Assembly: GCA_026416665.1 (NCBI GenBank)
Contig: JAOAET010000051.1
Location: 75,800-139,799 of the forward strand
Origin: Candidatus Omnitrophota bacterium
GTDB lineage: Bacteria > Omnitrophota > Gorgyraeia > Gygaellales > Profunditerraquicolaceae
DNA length: 64,000 nucleotides
Direction: 5' to 3'
Shown here: one piece after another, positions 20,832 to 32,531 of the stretch
Layout of the letters: each line of letters starts with the position of its first letter
Numbering within the stretch: position 1 is the first letter of the stretch
Translations under genes and position numbers: made by a program
Notes under the pieces: model-generated
Database searches by the model: none
What the model saw: the letters and a program-made list of their open reading frames with translations, nothing else
What the model was told of the DNA's origin: nothing

Positions 20832-21701
20832 TTACAACCCAGCGGCATCTAAAAGTGGCAAAACAACTTTGTTCCAGCCAATAGGCATAATATGAATACC
20901 CTGGCACATTGGTTTTAATTGTTTTATTAAACAAGAGGCAATTTCCACTGACTTAGCAACTCTGTCCTTAGCAGATTCTATTTCTTTAATCAGTTCTTCA
21001 GGAACATTTACTCCCGCAACATTTTTATTCATAAATCGCGCCATAGCAGCGGATTTTAGTAGAACAATTCCTGCCAAAATAGGTATTTTAAGGTGTTTTA
21101 CCCTATTTATAAAACGTTCAAAAACAGCTATATCATAAACTGCCTGGGTTTGAAAAAATTCTGCACCAGCTGCAATTTTCTTTTCCATCTTAGCAATCTG
21201 TGGTTCAAGGGGCTCTGCTCCGGGATTAACTACCGCTCCTACGCAGAATTTAGGGGGGTGTCCCTCTAATTTATTGCCTTTCATATCAAACCCACTCTGT
21301 AACTTTTGAATTACCTCTAACAGCTGCACTGAATCAAGATCAAAAACAGGTTTTGCCTCAGGATGATCACCGACAGTAGGATAATCTCCTGTAAGTACAA
21401 GAATGTTTTCTATCCCCAGTGCCGCAGCAGAAAGAATATCTGACTGCAAGGCAAGCCGATTACGATCCCGACAAGTTACTTGGTAAATCGGTTCAAAACC
21501 TCTCTGCTTAAGTAATGCGCACACAGCTAATGACCCAAGACGCATTACTGAACTCTGTAAGTCCGTAACATTTATAGCATCTACTCGCCCACGGATTGTC
21601 TCTATGTCTTCAAATAATCGTGTGGTCTCAAATCCTTTAGGAGGACCTATTTCAGAAGTAATTACAAATCTCGCTGAATGGATTTTCTCTTTGAAAGTCA
21701 T
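20832..21701 (-). CDS. metF: 5,10-methylenetetrahydrofolate reductase (acetogen-type MetF)
   Basis: EIGPPKG, CRDRNRLALQ, LTGD, FFQTQ, GIHIM. Confidence 0.93.
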   Translation of the reverse strand: MTFKEKIHSARFVITSEIGPPKGFETTRLFEDIETIRGRVDAINVTDLQSSVMRLGSLAVCALLKQRGFEPIYQVTCRDRNRLALQSDILSAAALGIENILVLTGDYPTVGDHPEAKPVFDLDSVQLLEVIQKLQSGFDMKGNKLEGHPPKFCVGAVVNPGAEPLEPQIAKMEKKIAAGAEFFQTQAVYDIAVFERFINRVKHLKIPILAGIVLLKSAAMARFMNKNVAGVNVPEELIKEIESAKDRVAKSVEIASCLIKQLKPMCQGIHIMPIGWNKVVLPLLDAAGL

Positions 21702-21755
21702 CTCTTAAAGAAAAAAACTCCTACTCTAAAAAAATTTAAATAAAACGGTTTTTTT

Positions 21756-21784
21756 ATTGTAACTTTTTAGTTCTTACTTGTCAA
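21756..21784 (-). promoter_or_regulatory. sigma70-type promoter of the metF-acsB operon
   Basis: TTGACA-17 nt-TACAAT. Confidence 0.7.
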
Positions 21785-22018
21785 TTGCAAAACCTTTTAA
21801 GTTGTATCAGAGATATTTTATGTTGTCTCTCTTAGACTTACCGGGTAAATAGTTATTTCTGAAGTTTTACACTAATTAGCTATTCCTTAACTTATTGTGC
21901 TTAATTTTATCCCAAGAAATTATTAGCTGTTGAAAATTGAATGTAGTTATAAAGAAAAAATTTTAAATGCTGGCCTGAAATTAAGACTAGGTATTTATTT
22001 TTATTATCTTGAATATCT

Positions 22019-22489
22019 TTATTCTCTTGAAATACTAATTATCTTATAACGAAGTATTCCAGCAGGGACCTGAATTTCGCAGATATCGCCTACTTTATGA
22101 TACAACAACCCTTGACCAATTGGGGAGGAAACAGAAATTTTATTTTCATTAAAATCAGCCTCTTCCTCTGAAACAATTAAATATGAAATTCTTTCATGCG
22201 TATCTATATCCTCTAACTCAACGGTTGCCCCCAAAAGAACTTCATCAGAACAAATATCCTGATCCTCTATTATCTGTGCACCAGCTAATTTCTGCTCTAA
22301 CTCGGCAATTCGACGTTCATTAAGCGCTTGTTCTTCTTTTGCAGCATCATACTCTGCATTCTCACCCAGGTCTCCGTGGGCACGAGCTTCAGCAATTGCC
22401 TTGGCTATTTGGTGTCTCCGAACATTCTTAAGATAATTCAGCTCTTCATATAGTTTTTCATAGCCTTTCCTTGTAAGATATAACGTCAT
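22019..22489 (-). CDS. greA: Transcription elongation factor GreA
   Basis: HGDLGENAEY, ISVSSPIG. Confidence 0.96.
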   Translation of the reverse strand: MTLYLTRKGYEKLYEELNYLKNVRRHQIAKAIAEARAHGDLGENAEYDAAKEEQALNERRIAELEQKLAGAQIIEDQDICSDEVLLGATVELEDIDTHERISYLIVSEEEADFNENKISVSSPIGQGLLYHKVGDICEIQVPAGILRYKIISISRE

Positions 22490-22569
22490 ATTTTCCTTTC
22501 CCTTTTTGATTTTACAAATTATGTTTGTGTCTTTACCAAAAATAGGTGTTTTTAACTACTAATATAGTT

Positions 22570-22598
22570 ATTCTACTTTTTTTTGTTTTAATTAGCAA
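22570..22598 (-). promoter_or_regulatory. Putative greA promoter
   Basis: TTGCTA-17 nt-TAGAAT. Confidence 0.45.
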
Positions 22599-22788
22599 GG
22601 CATAATTTTTAATTAATTACAATAGAAATACTCTGGCAAACTTTTTCTTTATAGCGTTAGCTGATCTAATCTAGTATTAATTTTTTTGCCAGCTTCAAAT
22701 AAATTAGAGGATTTTATCTTTATATAATACCGACGGAGTTGTTACTTATTATGGACACATTGGTCTTGATAAAATATTTTTTACATTC

Positions 22789-23985
22789 TTAACCAGAAAG
22801 TGCTTGACGGCTTAAAACTAAAATTACTTCTAAGTGTCTGGTATGTACAAACATATCTACGGGAATCACTTGTTCAAGATAATAGCTGGTAGTTAATTGT
22901 TTAAGGTCGTAATACGCGTTATATGGGTTGCAACTGACATAAATTATACGTTGTATCTTGCAGTTTGTCAGTATATTTACAAAATCTTTGCTAAGTTGCA
23001 TACGTGGCGGGTCAAGAACAAGTATATCATAGTTAATGGGTTCTGATCTTTTCATAAATTCATTCGCATCTGTACAAATAAATGAAACATTCGTTAGCTT
23101 ATTGAAAGCAGCATTCTCTTTAGCCAAAGTAACATTTGAAGGAGAATTATCTACACCTAATACCTCTTTTGCTTTAAGCGCAAGTTGCAGACTAATTCCT
23201 CCACTGCCACAAAAAAGGTCAAGTACACTTCTATTATCACACTGGCTTACTCTACAAATAAGTTCGTAAAGCAAGCTACAACAAAAGGTGTTTGATTGTA
23301 AAAACGTATTTGGACTTAAATAATAAACAATACCATTAAGGATTTCTTTTAGATAAGGCTTGCCAAAAACAAGATAGAGTTTATCGGTTAAACTTATATC
23401 TGCCTTGCCAGTATTAAAACAAATGTAGAAACTATCTATAATATTTTTGTCCCTTATAATTCTGGTAAGTCGTTGGAATTTATTTTGCTGTTGTTTAAAA
23501 TCTTTTTCATCTAATGCCATTACCAGAACAGCCATAACCTCGCCAGTTGTTTTGGCATGGCGTAGACACAAATAGCGTAGTTGGCCTCTATGGGTTCTAC
23601 TATTATATGTAGTAAAACCTTCCTCTCCTGCCCAGCTTAAGATTGGTTCGGTGATTTCTTTTAGATTAGGCATAAATATCTTACATTCTTCTATTGGAAC
23701 AATCTTATTAAAATTTCCTTTGGTTCGAAGACCTATCGCCAACTTACCCTTGTTATCGGTAATAACAAAATCCATTTTGTTACGGTAATAATAAATCTCT
23801 GGAGAGGCAATAACTCCATCTTGTTTCTTAATATTAAAACAACCAAATAGGTTTTGACAGTAGTTATTCTTCCAAGTAAGTTGCTGTTGGTAGTCTTGAC
23901 CTATCCAATCGCATCCTCCACAGGCAGGAAAATAAGGACAGTTCTTCTCTACACTATCTTCAGATACTGTAGGAGAAATTACCAT
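22789..23985 (-). CDS. rlmD: 23S rRNA m5U methyltransferase (RlmD/TrmA family), no TRAM domain
   Basis: CPYF..CGGC, YRNK, DLFCGSG, DPPR, YVSCNP, DMF.HT.HLE. Confidence 0.85.
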   Translation of the reverse strand: MVISPTVSEDSVEKNCPYFPACGGCDWIGQDYQQQLTWKNNYCQNLFGCFNIKKQDGVIASPEIYYYRNKMDFVITDNKGKLAIGLRTKGNFNKIVPIEECKIFMPNLKEITEPILSWAGEEGFTTYNSRTHRGQLRYLCLRHAKTTGEVMAVLVMALDEKDFKQQQNKFQRLTRIIRDKNIIDSFYICFNTGKADISLTDKLYLVFGKPYLKEILNGIVYYLSPNTFLQSNTFCCSLLYELICRVSQCDNRSVLDLFCGSGGISLQLALKAKEVLGVDNSPSNVTLAKENAAFNKLTNVSFICTDANEFMKRSEPINYDILVLDPPRMQLSKDFVNILTNCKIQRIIYVSCNPYNAYYDLKQLTTSYYLEQVIPVDMFVHTRHLEVILVLSRQALSG

Positions 23986-24308
23986 TCTTTAAAGATAAAA
24001 AATACTGCTGCGATAATCAGGACAAAGCCTACAATATAATTCCAGCGGAGTTTTTCGCCTAAATAAAGAATAGAGAATATTGAGAAAATAATGAGGGTTA
24101 TAACTTCTTGAATAGTTTTAAGTTGAGCAGCGGTAAATTGCTGATATCCTATTCGGTTAGCGGGAACCTGAAAACAATACTCTACAAAAGCAATCAACCA
24201 GCTTCCTAAGATTGCTAAGGGTAAAGGAGATTTTGTAAATTTTAAATGCCCATACCAAGCAAAGGTCATAAATATGTTGGAAATAGTAAGCAGAATTATT
24301 GTTTTCAT
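23979..24308 (-). CDS. DMT-family small membrane protein (DUF486)
   Basis: SNIFMTFAWYGHLK, EYCFQVPANRIG, QLKTIQE. Confidence 0.9.
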   Translation of the reverse strand: MKTIILLTISNIFMTFAWYGHLKFTKSPLPLAILGSWLIAFVEYCFQVPANRIGYQQFTAAQLKTIQEVITLIIFSIFSILYLGEKLRWNYIVGFVLIIAAVFFIFKEW

Positions 24309-24353
24309 TTAAACCACCTTCCTGTATAAAAATTTTAGAAAAATGAAATGATT

Positions 24354-25187
24354 CTAAAGTGCAAGAGAAACGAGATTACGCATAAGCATCATAACTGTAA
24401 GGGGCCCTACACCTCCTGGCACGGGAGTAATCCACTCAGCACGCTTTTCAGCTTCTTCAAATTCTACGTCTCCGACAATCTTGTCATCAACTTTGTTAAT
24501 CCCTATGTCCACAACAATAGCACCTTTTTTAATCCATTCTCCTTTGATAAGGCCGGCTTTACCCACTGCTACGAATAAAATCTCAGCCCTACGCACATGT
24601 TCTTCTAAATGTCCATTTTTTGCAGTGCCAATATGACAGACGGTAACAGTTGCTAATTTATCCAATAAAAGTAGTGCCAAGGGTTTTCCTACAATCTCAC
24701 TATGTCCAACTATTACTACCTCTTTACCTTCTAAATTTACACCAGTAGAATTAACTAGCTCAACAGCTGCTTGGGCAGTGCAAGGAACAACTTTACTTCT
24801 ACCAAAAACAAGTCTTCCCATATTAACAGGGTTTATCCCCTCTACATCTTTATCTGGACTTATAAACTCACTAATTTTTTTATAATCAAGATGTGTCGGT
24901 AAAGGCAATTGCACAATAATACCATGAACTTGTGTATCATTATTCAAACCATTAAGAAATTCAATAAACCTTTCTTGTGAGATTGAATAATCAAGTTTTA
25001 GCAATTGAAATTCAATGCCCAGAAGCTCTGCGTTCTTCTTCTGGGATCTGGTATAAATCTCAGCAGAGGGATTGTCTCCTACTTGAATACTAACAAGACA
25101 AAGTTTCGTAGTGGATGAACTTATTCTTTTTGACAAAGTATCTCTTATCTGTGAAGCTATATTCTTACCCTCTAATAATTTTGCCAA
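24354..25187 (-). CDS. folD: Methylene-THF dehydrogenase/methenyl-THF cyclohydrolase
   Basis: VQLPLP, KDVEG, PCT, VGDV, TPVPGGVGP. Confidence 0.96.
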   Translation of the reverse strand: MAKLLEGKNIASQIRDTLSKRISSSTTKLCLVSIQVGDNPSAEIYTRSQKKNAELLGIEFQLLKLDYSISQERFIEFLNGLNNDTQVHGIIVQLPLPTHLDYKKISEFISPDKDVEGINPVNMGRLVFGRSKVVPCTAQAAVELVNSTGVNLEGKEVVIVGHSEIVGKPLALLLLDKLATVTVCHIGTAKNGHLEEHVRRAEILFVAVGKAGLIKGEWIKKGAIVVDIGINKVDDKIVGDVEFEEAEKRAEWITPVPGGVGPLTVMMLMRNLVSLAL

Positions 25188-25740
25188 CAGCTACCTCCGT
25201 AATTTTTCGCATCCGCTGTATTGCTTTTTTTTTCTTCTCAATTTCCTGGTGAATCTTAACTGCAAGCTCTTTATCTTTCAAACCATTTAAGTTAATTTCT
25301 ACGTTGTAGTAAGCACTAGAAAAAGCTGACTCAAGCAATACTGCAGCTACTGCCACGTCGCTAATCAGATTTTTATTACCTTTTTTCACTAAAGGTGTAC
25401 ATACACGCATTCCTTCGTAAGCAAGGCGGGCAATCATCAAAGGTACATCTACTGCTTGACGTATATCTTTACTTAAAAAAGCCTGCACATCTAAATCAAC
25501 CAATGCCAAAAATTCATGGCGCAGTTTCTCGGATTTTTCCAAAAGTAGCTGTAACTGTTTCTCAAAACGTGCGTATTGGGGTTTACCAACAGTAAAATTT
25601 ATCACCATACTAACAAGCGCCTGCCCACAACTTGCCACCAAAGCGGCAGCAGAGCCACCGCCTGGCGCTGCTATACGGGCAGCAAGGTCATCAAGATATT
25701 GCTCTAAAGAAGTATCTTTATAAAATTTCTGATTAATCAT
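25165..25740 (-). CDS. fchA: Cyclodeaminase/methenyl-THF cyclohydrolase (FTCD C-terminal/FchA family)
   Basis: APGGGSAAA, GNKNLISD, NVEINL; overlaps folD. Confidence 0.8.
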   Translation of the reverse strand: MINQKFYKDTSLEQYLDDLAARIAAPGGGSAAALVASCGQALVSMVINFTVGKPQYARFEKQLQLLLEKSEKLRHEFLALVDLDVQAFLSKDIRQAVDVPLMIARLAYEGMRVCTPLVKKGNKNLISDVAVAAVLLESAFSSAYYNVEINLNGLKDKELAVKIHQEIEKKKKAIQRMRKITEVAVGKIIRG

Positions 25741-25756
25741 GAAAAGGATTTTAAAA

Positions 25757-26125
25757 TTACCGCTCTATTTGAAAGGCATCTTTTATATATTCATATATTA
25801 TCGAATTGCCACTTAATCTGATTGCTAATACGTCAAAACGACAAACACAATCAAGCCAATTTTGTTCTTCTAAAAATGCCTCTGCAGCGTGAATAATCTT
25901 CGTCCGTTTCTTAATATCTATTGCCTCTTGTGGTAAACCAAATTTATCAGAAGTGCGTGCCTTTACTTCAATAAAACAAACAACGTTTTTATCTTTTGCT
26001 ACTATATCTATCTCTGCACCTGACCTTCGAATATTACGTGCAACAATTTCTAATCCTTGTTTTTTTAGGTATTCGCAGGCCAGTTCTTCTGCTCGTTTAC
26101 CAAATGGTAAATTGGAACTAAACAC
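25757..26125 (-). CDS. yraN: YraN/UPF0102 family protein
   Basis: G.RAEELA, EIDIVA, FIEVKAR, RFDV. Confidence 0.9.
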   Translation of the reverse strand: MFSSNLPFGKRAEELACEYLKKQGLEIVARNIRRSGAEIDIVAKDKNVVCFIEVKARTSDKFGLPQEAIDIKKRTKIIHAAEAFLEEQNWLDCVCRFDVLAIRLSGNSIIYEYIKDAFQIER

Positions 26126-26720
26126 AACAAAAACTCTTCCGGTGAAAAAAACTTAAACCCCAAACTGCTATTGCCTGACGGTGACATTGGGTAGCATAAC
26201 CTTTATGTTGCTTAAAGCCGTAAGCAGGTAAAATTTTATCATAAATATCCATAATTCGGTCGCGAATAGTCTTGGCAACAATAGAAGCAGCAGCAATGCT
26301 TTTAGATTTGGCATCTCCATTAATTATGCAGGTTATAGGAAAACTACAAGAAAACGCCGTCGGCCCATCTACTAGAAGATGAATCCGAGATTCTTCAATT
26401 TTTGGTAACCTTCTTAACAGATTACCCACTGCCTGCTCCATTGCACACTGTGTTGCAGTAAGAATATTTATACGGTCAATTACAGCCTCGCTAACTACAC
26501 CAATTCCAAACACAGATTTTTCTACTAGCTCATGAAATGACTTTAATCTTTGAAAAGAGGAAAGTTTCTTAGAGTCATCAATTCGATTTAAGAAATTAAA
26601 TGTCTTAAGATAAACCGCAGCTGCTACTACTGGACCAGCTAGTGGTCCGCGCCCTGCTTCATCTACACCAATAATGATATCTCTTCCTAATTTAGAGAAC
26701 TTGCGTTCATAATAAAGCAT
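26118..26720 (-). CDS. rnhB: Ribonuclease HII
   Basis: GVDEAGRGPLAGPV, DSKKL, IAAASIVAK, HKGY. Confidence 0.96.
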   Translation of the reverse strand: MLYYERKFSKLGRDIIIGVDEAGRGPLAGPVVAAAVYLKTFNFLNRIDDSKKLSSFQRLKSFHELVEKSVFGIGVVSEAVIDRINILTATQCAMEQAVGNLLRRLPKIEESRIHLLVDGPTAFSCSFPITCIINGDAKSKSIAAASIVAKTIRDRIMDIYDKILPAYGFKQHKGYATQCHRQAIAVWGLSFFHRKSFCCV

Positions 26721-26761
26721 TGATGTAATAATAGAAAATGCTTTTTTTAAAAATATTATAA

Positions 26762-27106
26762 CTATTCTGAAGTCTCAATTTTTGTTGCACGCTTGCCAAT
26801 TTTTTTTCGTAGATAATAAAGTTTTGCGCGTTTTACTTTACCACGTTTAATAACTTCGATACGCTCAATTACCGGGGAATAGAAAGGGAAGACCCTTTCA
26901 ATTCCTTCACCATAGGAAACTTTTCTAACAGTAAAGACACTGTTTATTCCACTACCTTTTTTTGCAATAACTACTCCTTCAAAAGGATGAAGACGCACTT
27001 TATCACCCTCAGGTATTTTGGTCAATACCTTCACCGTATCACCTACGTTAATCTGAGGCATTTCCTTTTTGATATATTGTTGTTCGATTAGTTTTAGTTT
27101 GTCCAT
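26762..27106 (-). CDS. rplS: 50S ribosomal protein L19
   Basis: [23 protein letters not shown]. Confidence 0.97.
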   Translation of the reverse strand: MDKLKLIEQQYIKKEMPQINVGDTVKVLTKIPEGDKVRLHPFEGVVIAKKGSGINSVFTVRKVSYGEGIERVFPFYSPVIERIEVIKRGKVKRAKLYYLRKKIGKRATKIETSE

Positions 27107-27109
27107 AGC

Positions 27110-27838
27110 TTATTCTCCTTTGCTAATCAGTTTCTTTAACAAATCTGGTCTTCGTTGTTTTGTCCGTTTAAGTGCCTGCGCCTTTCTCCAGGCAGTAATC
27201 AAAGCGTGATTACCACTTAGTAATACCGAAGGTACTTTCATCCCTTCAAAATTCGCTGGGCGGCTGAACTGCGGATACTCTAATAGATTACCTTCAAATG
27301 ACTCAAAATTCAAGGAATTTTTGTCTCCCAACACCCCAGGAATTAACCGAATTAACGTGTCTATAACTACCATTGCTGGCAACTCCCCACCACTTAATAC
27401 AAAATCTCCAATAGAAATCTCCTGATTCACAAGATGTGTTCTTACCCTTTCATCTATACCTTCGTAACGGCCACAAATAAATATAAGGTGCTTTTCTTTA
27501 GCCAGTTTTTTTGCCATCTTTTGAGAAAAGGTCTTTCCTTGAGGACATAGGAGAATAACCTGAGGTTTTGCTTTTCCTTTAATTTTGTTTGTTTTCTCCT
27601 TCTTTACCTCTTGTAAAATATGTCTTACTGCACTAAATATCGGCTGACAACAAAGAATCATTCCGGGTCCACCACCATAAGGACGATCGTCAACTTTGCG
27701 GTGTTTGTTTGCGGTATAATTACGTAAGTCATGCACAAATATCTGCACCATGTTTTTCTGCTGTGCACGTTTAATAATAGACTCCTGAAGGACCGCAGAA
27801 AACATTTTGGGAAAGATAGTAAGGATATCAATCCGCAT
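27110..27838 (-). CDS. trmD: tRNA (guanine-N1)-methyltransferase
   Basis: DDRPYGGGPGM, CGRYEGIDER, SIGDFVLSGGE. Confidence 0.97.
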   Translation of the reverse strand: MRIDILTIFPKMFSAVLQESIIKRAQQKNMVQIFVHDLRNYTANKHRKVDDRPYGGGPGMILCCQPIFSAVRHILQEVKKEKTNKIKGKAKPQVILLCPQGKTFSQKMAKKLAKEKHLIFICGRYEGIDERVRTHLVNQEISIGDFVLSGGELPAMVVIDTLIRLIPGVLGDKNSLNFESFEGNLLEYPQFSRPANFEGMKVPSVLLSGNHALITAWRKAQALKRTKQRRPDLLKKLISKGE

Positions 27839-27867
27839 ATTTATTCCTTAGATTTAGCTATCAATTT

Positions 27868-30128
<2,261 letters not shown>

Positions 30129-30145
<17 letters not shown>

Positions 30146-31127
30146 CATCACCGTAACTATAAAAGCGATATTTTTCTTTGATTGCCTCTTGGTAAGCCTT
30201 TTTTGCAAGTTCAGTGGAACAGAAGGCACAGACAAGCATAAATAAAGTAGTTTTAGGGAGGTGAAAATTGGTCAAAAGACAATCGGTCATCTTAAATCTG
30301 TACCCTGGATAAATGAATAAGTCTGTCCAACCTTCTCTTTGACCTGAGTTAGCAAAACTCTCCAAGCACCGGCAAGAAGTTGTGCCTACAGCGAAGATAC
30401 GCCCTTTTCTTTGTCTCACTTGATTAAGAATATCTAAAGTTTGTTGGGGAATTTCATAATATTCGCTGTCCATCTGATGTTGTGTAATATCTTCTGTCTT
30501 AACAGGTTTAAAAGTTCCCAAACCTATATGAAGGGTAATAGAAACAATATTTACTTTTTTCCGAATATCTTTAAGTAAATTTTGGCTAAAGTGTAATCCC
30601 GCAGTGGGAGCAGCAACCGAACCTTCTTTTTTAGCATAGACTGTTTGATAATAACACTTATCCAAAAAAGTAGGAGCGCGTCTAATATAAGGTGGCAGGG
30701 GCACTTGTCCTATACTATAAATTCTTTTTATTTGTTTTGTGTTAAACAATACCTCTTTCTGTCCTGTCCGGATACAACTAATGTTTTTGGAAAAAGTTAT
30801 TCTCTCTCCTATCTTTACCCGCGCCGGATGAATAAGTGCCTGAAAATATGCTTGATTACTGTCTTCTTTAATACGACGTAAAAGGAAAACTTCTACTATT
30901 CCACCAGTAACACGCCTACCGACCAAACGACAGTTAAGAACCTTTGAATCGTTTATTACTACTACGTCTGAAGGCTGCAAATAATTAATTATCTGTTCAA
31001 ATATACTATGTTGAATTACTGTGGTTTTGCGGTCAACTACAAGCATACGCGCTTTATGCCTTTTCTTCAGCGGAAACTGTGCAATCAGTTCTTTGGGTAA
31101 ATTATAATCAAAATCTGATAACTTCAT
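30129..31127 (-). CDS. queA: S-adenosylmethionine:tRNA ribosyltransferase-isomerase
   Basis: FDYNLP, PLPPYI, AAPTAGLHF, TNFHLP, YSYGDAM. Confidence 0.96.
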
Positions 31128-32302
31128 TTTGAATTTAATTTCTTAACTTCGGAATTTGGATAATAAAAATCAAGAATTTGGCGATAGGAAAAACCTTCTT
31201 TTGCCATTGCGTATGCTCCCCACTGACACATCCCTACGCCATGACCCCATCCAAATCCTTTAAACATAAAACCATTATCTACTATAGTAACGCTAAAATA
31301 GGTACTCTTTAAGATATCTTGACCCACCAAATTTCGTAGTTCTGAGGCAGAAATACCTAACGCACTATCATCATAAATTATACGAATACTTAAAGCTCGT
31401 CCAAACTGATTTCTGGATAATACTTGAATGTTTTTAATCTGTTTAACAATAATACCTGCCTTTTTCATTGCCTTAATAAGGTTTTCTTGAGTAAGTATAA
31501 TCTTCCAGAAGTAGTGTGGTGATTCTTTACAATAGGGGCATTCTTTTGCCTTTAATACTGGACATTTAATCTTTGGCCAAACAGCTTCTGCGTCTTCAGT
31601 GGCACCTCCACAAGTAGAAGAATAAAAGGCGGGTAAAATTTTACCTTGGTAGCAAAGAATTTCATCCTTTGTCTGAGCAACTGCTTCATTTATACGCAGA
31701 CGCTCGGCAGCCAAACCACCATAACTTTGAGTAGAAATATCTGTGGTTAAATCGTAAGGTTTGTTCTGTGATTCTTGCTTGCGATATAGTGCATACGTTC
31801 GAAATACCACACAATGCGCTTTAAGTGCTTCCATTGGCCAGTGGTGTGAAATCTCCCGCACAGCAATACCCTTAATATATTCTTCTAACTCTAAGATATT
31901 AATTAGACGTAAACCTTTTTTGTGAAGATTAATTGTAATAGTATTTCTATAACCCCGATTGTTTACCCAGATAATGTTTTCTCCAGAGGCTTTAATAGTA
32001 ATAGAATTGCTACCTAACAACCTTTGCCCGAAGTACATTTTATTATCACGTTTAGAAAACACTGCCCGCAAATAATTACCCGAAAGAATTACTCTATCTG
32101 TCTGATTGTCCTTAATAGTAAAAGGTCCTGTTACAGAAATATCCACCTTCCCAATACTTTCCAAGAGTAAAACCCGTACTGATTCCGCCCAAACTAACGG
32201 TAGACTAAAAAAGCCGACCAGTAGTATACATCCACCAATGCAAATAAAAAAATTGCGGCAAGAAACCAAATTCTTTCTTATTGCCGCCGAGACCATATCC
32301 AA
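31124..32302 (-). CDS. SpoIID/LytB domain protein
   Basis: LEEYIKG, EALKA, GWGHGVGMCQWGA, FYYP. Confidence 0.88.
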   Translation of the reverse strand: MDMVSAAIRKNLVSCRNFFICIGGCILLVGFFSLPLVWAESVRVLLLESIGKVDISVTGPFTIKDNQTDRVILSGNYLRAVFSKRDNKMYFGQRLLGSNSITIKASGENIIWVNNRGYRNTITINLHKKGLRLINILELEEYIKGIAVREISHHWPMEALKAHCVVFRTYALYRKQESQNKPYDLTTDISTQSYGGLAAERLRINEAVAQTKDEILCYQGKILPAFYSSTCGGATEDAEAVWPKIKCPVLKAKECPYCKESPHYFWKIILTQENLIKAMKKAGIIVKQIKNIQVLSRNQFGRALSIRIIYDDSALGISASELRNLVGQDILKSTYFSVTIVDNGFMFKGFGWGHGVGMCQWGAYAMAKEGFSYRQILDFYYPNSEVKKLNSK

Positions 32303-32496
32303 AATATAATAGTAAGTAGAAGACTTAATAAAAGACTGGTAGTTAAAGGAAAGTAAAAGGTAAAATTTTTTCTTTCAATCAAGATATCCCCGGGTAAACG
32401 CCCAAGAAAAGGTATCTTATGTGCGACTAAAAGAACAAGGCCCAAAATAATAATAACCGAACCTAAAATAATAAGAATCTTTGCTAATTCCTGCAT
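32278..32496 (-). CDS. DUF2905 membrane protein
   Basis: LGRLPGDI, FYFPLTT; canonical position after ruvB. Confidence 0.9.
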   Translation of the reverse strand: MQELAKILIILGSVIIILGLVLLVAHKIPFLGRLPGDILIERKNFTFYFPLTTSLLLSLLLTIIFWIWSRRQ

Positions 32497-32531
32497 AGTT
32501 TATTTTATAAGTTTTTTGTCTTTAAAATAAA

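Noticed and set aside
20821-20934. Long overlap of the flavoprotein ORF with metF (possible frameshift fusion)
   Set aside because: ATG at 20820 just after the metF stop explains it; no slippery site seen
21785-22788. AT-rich spacers flanking greA as ncRNA or CRISPR
   Set aside because: No repeats, stable stems or recognisable riboswitch; only a promoter-like motif
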